From a virus (taxonomy: Duplodnaviria > Caudoviricetes), in the IMG/VR virus record IMGVR_UViG_3300028146_000012, positions 1 to 57,801 of that record: DNA of 57,801 nucleotides; one strand, given 5' to 3'. This document shows, piece after piece, positions 9,075-19,310 of this stretch (position 1 is its first letter; each line of letters begins with the position of its first letter). The notes beneath the pieces are model-generated. The model made no database searches and was not told the DNA's origin. It worked only from the letters and a program-made list of their open reading frames with translations. Made by a program: the position numbers and the translations under genes.

Positions 9075-9485
9075 ATGATATCTGCATTATTCGTTGCGCT
9101 ATCGCTGCAGTACGGCTTGCCTTCTGGGCTTCTTAGCTCTCTTTGCTATGTTGAGTCTAAGTATAAAGTCGAGGCAGTACACCACGATGATGGCGGAGAA
9201 GACAGTATAGGGATCTGTCAAATAAAATACAGCACAGCAAAAGCACTGGGCTTTAAAAGTACGCGCACAGCGTTATTCGATCCAAAGACTAATATTAAAT
9301 ATGCAGCAATATACTTAAAACATCAAATTTCTCGATATAATTCTATACAACGCGGAGTAATTGCGTATAATAGGGGAAATGCCAGGTCCATTAGAACATC
9401 CAAATATCAGCAAAAAGTTTTTAGGAGATGGGATGAATATAAATCCAGGCGATCATGTAGTCTGCATAGATGCAACAGGGACTAG
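9075..9485 (+). CDS. Lytic transglycosylase (SLT domain)
   Basis: VES (catalytic Glu), GICQI, LFDPKTNIKYAAIYL, AYNRG. Confidence 0.9.
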   Translation: MISALFVALSLQYGLPSGLLSSLCYVESKYKVEAVHHDDGGEDSIGICQIKYSTAKALGFKSTRTALFDPKTNIKYAAIYLKHQISRYNSIQRGVIAYNRGNARSIRTSKYQQKVFRRWDEYKSRRSCSLHRCNRD

Positions 9486-10065
9486 ACTTACAACTAATAC
9501 TATCTATAAAGTATGGGCAGTATTGAAAGACGGCAAATACATAGCACTAACTTTAGGCGGCGGAGTTTATTATCCAAGCGACATTTTCATACGCTGTCCT
9601 GTGATACCATTCAAAGGGCAGCCACCAGAAGAAATACCGCTCAGCGAAACTGCTATTACATCTTCTGCAGAACTAGTCATTACACCTGCAGAGCTAGTTA
9701 CACCTAAAATGACTCTACCGACAGACTCAAAGACTCGCAAAGAATACCCGATGATGATGGGATGTATTCGGTATTTTCCGGCAGCGCTTGCTGGAGTGTC
9801 TAATACAAGTAAACGAGGCAACGATAAGCATAACTTAGGGGAAGAGCTCCACCACGCCAGGGGAAAGTCCATGGATCACGGAGACTGTATTTTACGTCAC
9901 CTGATCGATGTTCAGGACTTACTAGCCGCTATGGACAGAGGCGAAAATAAAACACCAGCGCAGGTTTTAGAAGAAGTAAATCAAATGGCGTGGCGAGCAT
10001 TGGCTTATTCGCAGGAGCTACATGAGCGTTTCGGAGCGCCAATGGCGCCAGGAGCTAAAAAATGA
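9433..10065 (+). CDS. dATP/dGTP diphosphohydrolase-like (DUF5664-type) domain with an N-terminal extension
   Basis: RKEYP...FPAALAGV...GNDKH...DHGDCILRHL...AWRALA. Confidence 0.65.
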   Translation: MNINPGDHVVCIDATGTRLTTNTIYKVWAVLKDGKYIALTLGGGVYYPSDIFIRCPVIPFKGQPPEEIPLSETAITSSAELVITPAELVTPKMTLPTDSKTRKEYPMMMGCIRYFPAALAGVSNTSKRGNDKHNLGEELHHARGKSMDHGDCILRHLIDVQDLLAAMDRGENKTPAQVLEEVNQMAWRALAYSQELHERFGAPMAPGAKK

Positions 10066-10427
10066 AAATAATTAAAAAGCCGCCTAGACCATTTGACGTT
10101 GATAACACTTTGGTATTCCCGTTATCTGCTAATATGCCAGGACCTAAGGTAGAAATCTATGATGCTATTACGCAGAACTTCTTGACAATGACTGCAAATG
10201 AGTCCATGATAAGGCTTATGCAAGAAGAAAAACATCGTGGAGGGCATATCATAGTGTGGAGTAGAGGCGGACAAGAATGGGCTTCTAATGTGGTAGAAGC
10301 TTTGCATCTTACTAGAGTAGTTGACACAGTAATGGAGAAGCCGCTAGTATACTATGATGATTTAGACGTATCTGAATGGATGAAAGATAGAGTTTATATT
10401 CCGCCAACAGTAGGTTATAAGAAATGA
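10062..10427 (+). CDS. HAD-like phosphatase
   Basis: FDVDNTL, IVWSRGG, KP...YYDD. Confidence 0.7.
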   Translation: MKIIKKPPRPFDVDNTLVFPLSANMPGPKVEIYDAITQNFLTMTANESMIRLMQEEKHRGGHIIVWSRGGQEWASNVVEALHLTRVVDTVMEKPLVYYDDLDVSEWMKDRVYIPPTVGYKK

Positions 10428-10618
10428 GTGCATTTGATTTTGTCATGGGATTCTGCATGATAACATTAGTACTTTATTATGTGAGAGCAGAGAAATGACT
10501 AATAAACAAAGAAAAGAAGTAGCGTTTATACTGACTAAGATGATTAAAGCAATAATCGCATTAGATGCTAAAATTGATAATTTAGAAAGAGAAATTGAAC
10601 AAAAACAAAGGAGTAAAA

Positions 10619-11203
10619 ATGGCATTCGAAGAAGTAGTAAGTCTAGACGCAGCGGTGACTGTTAGTCTAGGAAAACTTAATAAGAAAACAGGTCGAAAAG
10701 ACCCGGCGACAGTCGAGGGGTATTATCTCGGAGCTCGTGAAGTCGATACTAAGCTCGGCAAGTCTTCGATTCACTTCTTTAAGTTCCAGCCTAGCAGCGA
10801 AAATAAAGAGTCGAATGAAAAGTTGGCTGCTGCATACCGATCACTAGGTATAGGACCTGGCGAAAATGTAGGTGTGTGGGGCACAGGAGACCTCAACAAA
10901 AAACTCAAGACTATTCGTGTCGGCACCATGACTAAAGCTGAGTTCGTTGGTATGACGCCCACGCCTAAGGGCGATATGCGTTCATTCAAAGTAGCTAAAG
11001 ACAAACTAAACACAATTGAGGTCGAGCTCAATGCATCTGCTCCAGTCGAATACGCAGAGGAAGAGCAAGACGATGAAGATGTCGACAATGTTGAGGCTAA
11101 TGATTCTTATCAAGATGACTATCAGCCGCAACAAGTCCAACTTTCGGCAGCAGAACGCGCCCAGAAAGTACAGGCGCTTTTGAATAAGAACAAGAAGAAG
11201 TAA
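10619..11203 (+). CDS. Probable single-stranded DNA-binding protein
   Basis: Beta-rich core (VEGYYLG, VGVWG) with an acidic C-terminal tail; directly upstream of the primase-helicase. Confidence 0.55.
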   Translation: MAFEEVVSLDAAVTVSLGKLNKKTGRKDPATVEGYYLGAREVDTKLGKSSIHFFKFQPSSENKESNEKLAAAYRSLGIGPGENVGVWGTGDLNKKLKTIRVGTMTKAEFVGMTPTPKGDMRSFKVAKDKLNTIEVELNASAPVEYAEEEQDDEDVDNVEANDSYQDDYQPQQVQLSAAERAQKVQALLNKNKKK

Positions 11204-11207
11204 TCCA

Positions 11208-13016
11208 GTGGCCGATATGATCTATCGGCTCATTGCGCCTTCATGGGCCGTAAATTTAAAGAAGACAATGGAAGGTCGGTTTAATTCTGCCGACCTAAAG
11301 TCTTTAAACGAGCAGGGATACAATGTTTACTACTTTCCTAACCCTCCTGATAGTTTTGATGGTTCTAAGCCAGTAGACGGCAGCCAGATCACTTCATTTC
11401 ATGAAGTCTTTGTCGATATGGATCTCAAGGACGGCACATACGAGTCTAAAGATGCATTCATAGATACAATATTAGCCGCTGAACTACCGCCTACGCGCAT
11501 AGTTGACTCTGGCCATGGCGTGCATGTTTATTGGAAGGTAACTAACCTTGACGTTATGAGCTATTTACGATTCCAGCGTAGATTGTGCCGACTATTCAAT
11601 ACAGATGAAGCCGTAAGCAAGATAGCACAGCTCATGCGTCTGCCAAATACCTGGAACACTAAGGCTAAAGAGTATACACCGTGTGTCTTAGTAGCAGAGA
11701 CCGATAATATATATACAGCAGAAGAATTCGATAAACTCTTGCCGTCGATAACAAAAGAAGATGAGAACTATTGTAAAGTCCATCACGACAAGACATACGG
11801 GCTAGCAGAACACATATCTGTGTCAGAGGAAATCCCCGCTAAGTTCGGCGAGCTAATACTGAACAATGCCGAAGTAAAAAGTCTTTGGATTGGGCCGACA
11901 AATGATAGAAGCAGCAACGATTTTAGATTAGGGCATCTCATGTTCGCTGCAGGTTTTACCGAAAGCGAAGCTATGGCAGTCTTAGCGCAATCAGCCAAAG
12001 CCCTGCAGCGCGCTCCTGTACACAGGATTAGCTATGCAAAGAATATCGTAGACAAGATATGGACGTTCGAAGCTGCGCCTGAAGCAGAGAAGATCTCAGC
12101 GCCTACCAGCGTGCGCGATATCCTTGTGAGACCTAAGACGGCTAACGGCGTGCGTATACCTACTTGGAAGTACATAGACGACACCGAAGCAGGTTTTCGA
12201 ACTGGCCAGGTATTAGGGCTTGTAGCAGGTTCAGGAGTTGGTAAGACTACAATGGCGCTAAACATATTCCTCGGCTTTGTAGAATCAAACCCAGACTTAG
12301 AGCATTTCTTCATACCGCTGGAGCAACCGGACAGAGAGATCGCGGAGCGTTGGGCAGCTATGTGCGGTGAAAAAAAGCACCTATATGATAAAGTCCACGT
12401 AATTAGCAATTACGACGATAGCGGAGCATTTAAAGACTTATCCTTAGAAGACATAAAACAGCAAATCCTCGCATTCAACACTACGGGTAAGAAAGTCGGC
12501 TGTGTAGTTATTGACCATATCGGCGTACTGTGCAATAATAATAAACTAGGCATCGAAGAAGGATTGAAAGGCATTTGCAAGGCAATGAAAGGATTTGCAA
12601 TGGAAACTAATACATTCTTGATTATGCAATCCCAGACATCTCGCGAAAAAGCAGGCATAGGCGATCTTGAGATAAATAAGGATGCCGCTTTCGGCACTAG
12701 CGCCTTTGAGAACTTCTGCGACTATCTAATAACCCTATGGCAGCCTTTGAAACGAGTATATACAAAAGGCGCGCCTACAATTCTTAGCTATAAATTCTGC
12801 AAGATCCGCCATAAGAAACAAGGCAAGGATTGTATTCAGGAAGACACACCATACTCAGTGTTCTTCGATCCTGAATCGCAGCTTATACGAGAACTCACCG
12901 AATCAGAAGAGAAGAGTTTGAGTTACTGGGTAGGACAGGCAACTGCTAAACGCAAACTAGACCGTAAAACAGACGTGGTGAATTATACATCAATTAAGTG
13001 GAATAATGACATTTGA
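11208..13016 (+). CDS. Primase (RepB/AEP-like) fused to a DnaB-like SF4 helicase
   Basis: FVDMD, DSGHGVHVYW, LMRLPNTWN; AGSGVGKTT, LEQ, VVIDHI, QSQTSRE. Confidence 0.88.
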   Translation: MADMIYRLIAPSWAVNLKKTMEGRFNSADLKSLNEQGYNVYYFPNPPDSFDGSKPVDGSQITSFHEVFVDMDLKDGTYESKDAFIDTILAAELPPTRIVDSGHGVHVYWKVTNLDVMSYLRFQRRLCRLFNTDEAVSKIAQLMRLPNTWNTKAKEYTPCVLVAETDNIYTAEEFDKLLPSITKEDENYCKVHHDKTYGLAEHISVSEEIPAKFGELILNNAEVKSLWIGPTNDRSSNDFRLGHLMFAAGFTESEAMAVLAQSAKALQRAPVHRISYAKNIVDKIWTFEAAPEAEKISAPTSVRDILVRPKTANGVRIPTWKYIDDTEAGFRTGQVLGLVAGSGVGKTTMALNIFLGFVESNPDLEHFFIPLEQPDREIAERWAAMCGEKKHLYDKVHVISNYDDSGAFKDLSLEDIKQQILAFNTTGKKVGCVVIDHIGVLCNNNKLGIEEGLKGICKAMKGFAMETNTFLIMQSQTSREKAGIGDLEINKDAAFGTSAFENFCDYLITLWQPLKRVYTKGAPTILSYKFCKIRHKKQGKDCIQEDTPYSVFFDPESQLIRELTESEEKSLSYWVGQATAKRKLDRKTDVVNYTSIKWNNDI

Positions 13017-13197
13017 AGAATATAAAAATAATTTAACTGGACTGCTAGTATGGTGCCCGGACGACTACTTAAAAATTTTGTATGAGAGACACGTATTAAA
13101 CATTTTCTTTGATGAATGCAAAAGAGTATTAAATGCTAAATGTGATTCGCGACTTACAGGGTTTGAGAAATATTATCAAATACCTAGAAAATTTTGA
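13006..13197 (+). CDS. Hypothetical protein
   Basis: ORF overlapping both neighbours. Confidence 0.4.
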   Translation: MTFEEYKNNLTGLLVWCPDDYLKILYERHVLNIFFDECKRVLNAKCDSRLTGFEKYYQIPRKF

Positions 13198-15199
13198 GTA
13201 TGTAGCTTTTGATATAGAGACTACAGGACTATCAAAGCACGATGAAATCATAGGCATTTCTATATGCGCCGAAGAAGATAAAGCGTTTTATGTAATTTTG
13301 GCAGAATGGGATAAAAACCTACAGAAGCTGATTTACAATGATCTCGTTAAATTCGAACTAGATCTGCTCTTGCATGCGCTTAAATCTAAGCATCTTATTG
13401 CGCATAACGGAATATTCGATTGCATGATGATAGAGGCCTGTGAAAAGATAAGACTAATAGAAAGTTTACATACGGATACTATGATAGCTGCTCATCTTTT
13501 AAACGAAAACCGCGGAGTAGGATTGAAAGACCTTGCTACTACGATGTATGGCGAAAGTGCCGCAGAAGAACAAAAGCTAATGAAAGAAAGTATCATAGCT
13601 AATGGCGGTAGTGTCACAAAAACCAAATACGAGTTATATAAAGCCAACTCTATGTTAATAGGCAAATACGGAGCTAAAGACGCACTATTGACCTATAAAC
13701 TCTTTACAGACCTAGTACCTGAACTATATGAGCAAGGTTTAGATAAATTCTTCTATGAAGACGAATCAATGCCTTTATTGCGTACAGCTACATATGATCT
13801 AAACACTACAGGCCTTATGGTAGACAACGCTAAGCTCATACAGCTAGAGAAGACCTTGAAAGCAGAGTGCGCAGAAGCAAAGGCCTTTATCTACCGCGAG
13901 ATACAACAATACATAAAGGATAAGCCTAAATTCAATGTAGAAGCACCACAGCAGCTATCATGGCTGCTATTCGGTCAACTAGGACTTGAATTCAATATCC
14001 TTACGAAAACAGGCAAGATAGTTTGTAAAGAAATGGGACTTAGACTTCCTTATACCAAAGTCGCTAAGCGAGACTTCATTGATATTTGCCTGCGCGACCA
14101 AGGCAAGCCGTATGCTCTAGGCGGCACGGTGAACGGTAAAGAGATAAAGCCTAAGCTAATAAAAGCACCATGGGCTTATATAGTCGCAGATAAAAATACT
14201 CTTAAGAAAGTCGCGCATCGGTTTAAATGGATAGAGTCGCTGTTAGAGTATAAGCGCAAAAAGAAACTCTTGAATACATATATAAAGGCTATAAAAACTA
14301 GAACTCAATACGGTATATTACAACCTAGCTTTTTACAAGCGGGCACGACTTCTGGGCGATACTCTAGCAAGATGCCCAATTTACAAAATTTGCCTAGAGA
14401 CGATAAGCGCATAAAAGACTGCTTCATTGCTAGGCCCGGCCATGTATTTGTATCAGCAGATTTCAGCCAACTAGAGCCCAGAGTGTTTAGTTATTACAGT
14501 CAAGAGCCGAAACTTATGAATGCGTTTAATGGCGAAAGCGATTTCTATAGTGTCGTAGGCATAGATATATTCGATAAACACGATGCGCTGCCAATCAAAG
14601 AAGGACGTTCAGATGCTTTTGGGGTTAAATACAAAAAACTTCGCGATATATCTAAGACCATTACCTTAGCTCGCGCATACGGTGCGACACCATTCCAACT
14701 AGCTCCTGCTACAGGTAAATCAATTGATGATACAGCAGAAGACCTTGCTAGACTAGATGAGAGATTTCCAGGTATTAAAAAGATGATGCTAGAAGCACAC
14801 GAACTAGCTAAGACCAAAGGCTATGTAGAGAGTCTGTTCGGACGTAGGCGTCATATCCCAGATGCCATGAAAATTCCTAAACTTTATGGCAATCAGGACC
14901 ACGCGGACCTCCCCTATGAGGCTCGAAGCCTATTAAACCTAGCCTGTAACCATAGAATCCAATCTACTGGTGCGTCTTTATGTAACAGAGCCATGATAGC
15001 ATTTTATAGTAATATCAAGGACTTAGGTCTAGATTGCAAGATCGTATCTCAAATCCATGACGAGATAGTAGTTGAATGTCAAGAAAAAGATGCAGAAAAT
15101 GTAAGTTTGCTCTTGCGCAATGCAATGGAGTGTACTAATATGATACATGGACTTGACTTAGAAGCAATTCCAAGGATTACTAAAACTCTTGCTAAATGA
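13133..15199 (+). CDS. polA: Family A DNA polymerase with 3'-5' exonuclease
   Basis: FDIETTG, HNGIFD, YGAKDA; TTSGRYSS..PNLQNLP, ADFSQLEPR (motif A), RDISKTITLARAYG (motif B), QIHDE (motif C). Confidence 0.96.
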   Translation: MLNVIRDLQGLRNIIKYLENFEYVAFDIETTGLSKHDEIIGISICAEEDKAFYVILAEWDKNLQKLIYNDLVKFELDLLLHALKSKHLIAHNGIFDCMMIEACEKIRLIESLHTDTMIAAHLLNENRGVGLKDLATTMYGESAAEEQKLMKESIIANGGSVTKTKYELYKANSMLIGKYGAKDALLTYKLFTDLVPELYEQGLDKFFYEDESMPLLRTATYDLNTTGLMVDNAKLIQLEKTLKAECAEAKAFIYREIQQYIKDKPKFNVEAPQQLSWLLFGQLGLEFNILTKTGKIVCKEMGLRLPYTKVAKRDFIDICLRDQGKPYALGGTVNGKEIKPKLIKAPWAYIVADKNTLKKVAHRFKWIESLLEYKRKKKLLNTYIKAIKTRTQYGILQPSFLQAGTTSGRYSSKMPNLQNLPRDDKRIKDCFIARPGHVFVSADFSQLEPRVFSYYSQEPKLMNAFNGESDFYSVVGIDIFDKHDALPIKEGRSDAFGVKYKKLRDISKTITLARAYGATPFQLAPATGKSIDDTAEDLARLDERFPGIKKMMLEAHELAKTKGYVESLFGRRRHIPDAMKIPKLYGNQDHADLPYEARSLLNLACNHRIQSTGASLCNRAMIAFYSNIKDLGLDCKIVSQIHDEIVVECQEKDAENVSLLLRNAMECTNMIHGLDLEAIPRITKTLAK

Positions 15200-15205
15200 G
15201 GTACA

Positions 15206-15586
15206 ATGACAAAACTAAAACTCTTATTGAAACAAATCTTGGCTTATCTGCCTAGCCGGCTTCCAGTAGGGCTTACAGAAATGCATAAGTTCATGGACGA
15301 CGTAATCGAGATCTCAGGAAAGTTCGCAGACACAGACTCAATGAAGTTCGCGATTTCATCTATGGTGTTGCGCCTAGACTCTACTACATCAAGGGTCAGC
15401 AAACAATACTTTGCAAGAGCATTAAGAAAGGCCGCAGCGAATCAAGTCGTAAGCGTGATTCTTAATGACATCAAAGAAGCGCAGGCAGCAGCGATTGCTG
15501 AAGCAAATAAATTAGATAAACAAGCCGAAGCCACGGCGACACCGCAGGATACCGCAAGTGGCCAAACCAACGCTCCGACAGCTTAA
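15206..15586 (+). CDS. Hypothetical protein
   Basis: ORF with GAGG SD. Confidence 0.65.
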   Translation: MTKLKLLLKQILAYLPSRLPVGLTEMHKFMDDVIEISGKFADTDSMKFAISSMVLRLDSTTSRVSKQYFARALRKAAANQVVSVILNDIKEAQAAAIAEANKLDKQAEATATPQDTASGQTNAPTA

Positions 15587-15983
15587 AGAGATCTGGTACA
15601 AAAAGCTTAAAGACAAAGGCTTTAAGGATATCGAGCAAGACGAGTACAACCTTAAGCGCTGGTCGAGTGAGTTCGTAAGGCATAATCACAATATAGATAA
15701 TAAAGAGATCAGTGTACGACCAAAAAACAGCCGGCAGAAAAAAGATGAATTCGAAGGCAAAAGAGATTACTACTATTACGCAGAACACTTCCTTAATGAC
15801 TATAAATTTAAATCAGAGCGAGATAGAATTATCTGGGAATACCATATCAATGGCATTAGCGCTCCTAACATATCTAAACTCCTAAAGAAAGTTAAAATCA
15901 ACATAAGCATCACCACGGTGCGTGTAATCACAAAGAAACTCCGAAAAACAATGAAAGAATTTTACTTCAATGACAAACAATGA
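15558..15983 (+). CDS. Possible transcription regulator with sigma region 4/LuxR-like HTH
   Basis: C-terminal RDRIIWEYHINGISAPNISKLLKK...ISITTVRVITKKLRK; sits at the replication/structural boundary. Confidence 0.5.
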   Translation: MAKPTLRQLKEIWYKKLKDKGFKDIEQDEYNLKRWSSEFVRHNHNIDNKEISVRPKNSRQKKDEFEGKRDYYYYAEHFLNDYKFKSERDRIIWEYHINGISAPNISKLLKKVKINISITTVRVITKKLRKTMKEFYFNDKQ

Positions 15984-16395
15984 GTTCTCAGAATTATATG
16001 ATATCAGGGATTACCAGCAAAGCGATAAGAATTTCGTTTTAGCGACCTTTTTACGCGGAGTGTATTATGGTAATAGCTGGTTTTCAGGGATTCGAAAAGA
16101 TATCTTCATGGATAACTATAAGAGAGTAGCTGAGTTTGCTATCGACTCTGGTAGAGTAGCGATAAAGGTCGCAAGCCTTAAAGAAGATCCTGATATAATC
16201 ATCGGCTATAGTATATTAAGCGCTGATTATCAAGCAATTTCATGGGTTTATATTAAAAAGGCGTGGCGACTCAAGGGAATTGCGAGAAGTCTCGTACCAA
16301 AGCATCCTAAATACGTAACACACTTATCGCAAATAGGTATGGATCTTATGAAAAAACTTCCTGGAACAGAATACAATCCTTTTTATGGCGGCTGA
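15970..16395 (+). CDS. GNAT-like acetyltransferase
   Basis: IRDY..D, IIGYSI, WVYIKKAWRLKGIARSL (motif A-like). Confidence 0.65.
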   Translation: MTNNEFSELYDIRDYQQSDKNFVLATFLRGVYYGNSWFSGIRKDIFMDNYKRVAEFAIDSGRVAIKVASLKEDPDIIIGYSILSADYQAISWVYIKKAWRLKGIARSLVPKHPKYVTHLSQIGMDLMKKLPGTEYNPFYGG

Positions 16396-16593
16396 ATGGG
16401 AATAGATCAATTAAGTTCAGGCGCGCTATATAATGCATCAAATTCAGGTTTAGGAGGCGCACAGAATTCAGGTATATCTGCGCAAAATGCAGCGGCGTGG
16501 CCACAAGATTCTAGGTTGTGGTCGGCTTTAATAGAGAAGCAATTAATGGATGATTTCATCAAACAATGTCAAGAAATAAAGGAGAAAAAATGA
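16396..16593 (+). CDS. Hypothetical protein
   Basis: ORF abutting neighbours. Confidence 0.45.
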   Translation: MGIDQLSSGALYNASNSGLGGAQNSGISAQNAAAWPQDSRLWSALIEKQLMDDFIKQCQEIKEKK

Positions 16594-16853
16594 TGTCTAA
16601 GTACTTTAAAACCAAAAAGGTAAAACTAGATGCGTCTGCGCCAGAGCCGAGAAAGCTAGAAGAGATTACTAAAGACCTTAACAATGAATGTTGGGCTTTA
16701 GGGCAATTAGAATACCAAGTATATGTGCTGCAGCAAGAAGCAGAACGCAAAAATAAGAAAATTCAAGAACTTAACTACGAAGGCGCGCGCCGCAAAGATC
16801 TCGATACAAAAGCTTCTGTGAAAGAGGAGACAACAGATGTCACGAAAAATTAA
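16590..16853 (+). CDS. Coiled-coil hypothetical protein
   Basis: AGGAG SD; heptad pattern. Confidence 0.6.
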   Translation: MMSKYFKTKKVKLDASAPEPRKLEEITKDLNNECWALGQLEYQVYVLQQEAERKNKKIQELNYEGARRKDLDTKASVKEETTDVTKN

Positions 16854-17061
16854 AGAGGCTACAATGCTAGCCCCTATTCACACGGTGAAATCTGGACATA
16901 TTAAGAAAGAGCTTAGCCTGAAAGATAGCCCTACTCATAAAGCCATGAAATCTATTTATTATAATGAAGAGCAGGGCACAGTAGAACTCGTCGTAAAGGC
17001 ATCTGGTGAAACTATACTAATTCCTTACACTAACTTCAGTCATCTCGTCCCTGGTGAGTAA
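16837..17061 (+). CDS. Hypothetical protein
   Basis: GAGGAG SD. Confidence 0.6.
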   Translation: MSRKIKEATMLAPIHTVKSGHIKKELSLKDSPTHKAMKSIYYNEEQGTVELVVKASGETILIPYTNFSHLVPGE

Positions 17062-17216
17062 TGCTTAGGTACAAACATGATTTCTATAATATGCCTAAAT
17101 CAGAAGCTAGGCGCATTATCAATGGTCTGTTAGAAGACTATTATGCCTCAGGACGCACCATAAGAGTATTTGCGCCTAAGAAGACCAGGAATGCCAGACG
17201 TAAAACTAAGATCTAA
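17061..17216 (+). CDS. Small basic hypothetical protein (51 aa)
   Basis: Below the track cutoff; TAATG coupling; MLRYKHDFYNMPKSEARRIINGLLEDYYASGRTIRVFAPKKTRNARRKTKI. Confidence 0.45.
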   Translation: MLRYKHDFYNMPKSEARRIINGLLEDYYASGRTIRVFAPKKTRNARRKTKI

Positions 17217-18642
17217 ATCCCCTAAAGCAGATTCGCCGCCCAAAACTGATAAGGGTCAATACTATAATCCTTATGATAAACTTAGGGTTACTAGTATGTT
17301 TCCGCAGCAAGATGCGTTTATTAGCGACAAGTCGAGGTACATAGCCGCACAATGTAGTCGCAGAGCTGGTAAGTCAAATGGATTGGCGCTGCGTTTCTTT
17401 CATACAATGAATAAATACCCAGGTAGTGCGTGTATTTATTTAGCGCTTACGCGAGATTCAGCTAAAGACATTATGTGGCCTGTGTTGCAAGAACTCAATG
17501 ATAAGCATGAGCTAGGCTGCATATTTACAGAGTCTAAACTCACAATGAGTCACCCTAATGGATCTAAGCTAACTCTATATGGTGCCGATATGCCCAACTT
17601 CATACGCCGTCTTAAAGGACAGAAATCACCTGGGATAGGATTAGACGAGGCACAGGACTTCGGTACTCACTTAGAAAGCCTATTAAATGACGTACTAACT
17701 CCGATGCTAGTAGACTATAAAGATTCGTGGTTAGCTGTTACAGGCACGCCGGGCCCAGTACCACAAGGCTATTACTTCGAAATCACAAACAATAAACGCT
17801 TCGGTTTTAGTACGCATTATTGGACTCTTCTTGATAATCCATATGTTCCGGATCCACAAACATTCATAGATGAGATGATTAAAAAGAATGAATGGGGGCC
17901 TGATCACCCAACCCTTCGCAGGGAATGGCGCAATGAATGGGTGCTAGACACAGAAAGCCTCTGGATCAGGTATAAAAAAGAAGTCAATGATTTCGATACT
18001 TTACCTGCGCATATAAATAAATGGAACTATATCTTTGGTATAGACGTGGGATTCAAGGACGCCGATGCCATAGCCGTGTTGGCGTGGTCCGAAGCCTGCA
18101 AAGAAACATATCTAGTAGAAGAAGTCATAACTGATAAGCAAGACATTACAGCTCTGGCAGAACAAATCAAAGAGCTAGAAAAGAGATACAAACCCGACAA
18201 GATGGTAATAGATGAAGGCGGACTAGGACTTAAAGCCGCAGAAGAAATAAGGAAACGCCATCTCATCCCAGTCCAGTCAGCAGATAAGAAGCTAAAAGCC
18301 GAAAACGTCGGTATATTAAACGACGAGCTGCGCCTTGGTCGCTTTAAAGCCAAATCGAACTCACGATTCGCACAAGATAGCTATATGATTCAAATCGATT
18401 GGCTTCATAGCCGCCCAGATAAGATCATAATAAAGAAAGAACCTCATAGTGATATTATAGATAGTGTGTTATATGCATTTCGTGAATCCTATGCATTTAC
18501 GCATCAACCAGAGCTTAAAAAACCTAAATATGGCACTAAAGAATATGCAGACGCAGAACACGACGCAATGTGGGAACGTGAATTAGAAGGCCATAAACAA
18601 GCCGAATCCTACCAGAAATGGCTTGAAGGAGAAGAAAACTAG
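17191..18642 (+). CDS. terL: Terminase large subunit
   Basis: FPQQ, CSRRAGKS (Walker A), LDEAQ, TGTP, DNPY, GIDVG..DA, HSDIIDSVLYA (RNase H-like nuclease). Confidence 0.93.
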   Translation: MPDVKLRSKSPKADSPPKTDKGQYYNPYDKLRVTSMFPQQDAFISDKSRYIAAQCSRRAGKSNGLALRFFHTMNKYPGSACIYLALTRDSAKDIMWPVLQELNDKHELGCIFTESKLTMSHPNGSKLTLYGADMPNFIRRLKGQKSPGIGLDEAQDFGTHLESLLNDVLTPMLVDYKDSWLAVTGTPGPVPQGYYFEITNNKRFGFSTHYWTLLDNPYVPDPQTFIDEMIKKNEWGPDHPTLRREWRNEWVLDTESLWIRYKKEVNDFDTLPAHINKWNYIFGIDVGFKDADAIAVLAWSEACKETYLVEEVITDKQDITALAEQIKELEKRYKPDKMVIDEGGLGLKAAEEIRKRHLIPVQSADKKLKAENVGILNDELRLGRFKAKSNSRFAQDSYMIQIDWLHSRPDKIIIKKEPHSDIIDSVLYAFRESYAFTHQPELKKPKYGTKEYADAEHDAMWERELEGHKQAESYQKWLEGEEN

Positions 18643-18646
18643 TACT

Positions 18647-18661
18647 TTATCGCATATATAG
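18647..18661 (+). promoter_or_regulatory. Putative late promoter/regulator motif, copy 1
   Basis: TTATCGCATATATAG; one of four copies before structural gene blocks. Confidence 0.6.
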
Positions 18662-18669
18662 TACCTGAG

Positions 18670-18933
18670 GTGCCCGTGCTTCCATTTCTCAAGAACAAGC
18701 AAAAAGAAGCCGCAGTTTCAACACCCATAACAATAAACAGAAAATCCGATAAACCTAAAGAAAATCAAGTATATGATATGGCTATACGCGCATGCGCAGA
18801 GCATATGATTACTGAAATACAAGCAAATGACGCAGACGGCGTGGCAGATGCAATGAGATCGGCATTTGAGATCTTAGAAACATTGCCGCATGAAGAAATC
18901 CCTCATAGTTATGAAAACCAAAAGGAAGACTAA
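18670..18933 (+). CDS. Hypothetical head-module protein
   Basis: ORF after the motif, coupled to the next gene. Confidence 0.6.
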   Translation: MPVLPFLKNKQKEAAVSTPITINRKSDKPKENQVYDMAIRACAEHMITEIQANDADGVADAMRSAFEILETLPHEEIPHSYENQKED

Positions 18934-19310
18934 TGTCCCAGCAAAATCAAACACTTACTGCTACTAATCTCGGCACTACGACATTGAATATCCAAAACAC
19001 TGATACATACACAATTGCAACAACGCTACAGTGTCCTAACATCGTGCCGTCAGCCACACAAGGCGCAGGCGGTGGCGCAGGTACTGGTACAGGCGGCGGC
19101 ACGCAGGTGGCATCTCAAGTAGTTATTACAGTGAAACAAAACGGCACTACTAAGGCGACATCATCTGCAGGCGCTAAAGGCCTTACAGTACCCGGTCTTG
19201 CATGCACTGCAGGCGATACTATTACAGTAATATTATCGTCTAGCCTAAGCCAAGACAAGCAGCCAAATGCAGTCCAAGCCACTATTGCTTTAAGCGAAGG
19301 ACCGGAATAA
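18933..19310 (+). CDS. Small beta-rich virion protein, paralogue of 53175-53495 and 53497-53862
   Basis: Shared C-x-[AS]-GD-x-I...SS...D...V...G C-terminal pattern. Confidence 0.65.
   Translation: MSQQNQTLTATNLGTTTLNIQNTDTYTIATTLQCPNIVPSATQGAGGGAGTGTGGGTQVASQVVITVKQNGTTKATSSAGAKGLTVPGLACTAGDTITVILSSSLSQDKQPNAVQATIALSEGPE

Noticed and set aside
9433-10065. 2-aminoadenine (Z-genome) or other base-modification pathway
   Set aside because: Only a DUF5664-like hydrolase is seen; no PurZ or other modification enzyme was recognised.
13006-13197. Possible tenth tag-family member (LTGFEKYY)
   Set aside because: Lacks the L and the I-I core, and the segment overlaps the polymerase start.
16324-16337. 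Fifth copy of the late motif (TTATCGCAAATAGG)
   Set aside because: Lies inside a CDS and has different spacing to ATAG.
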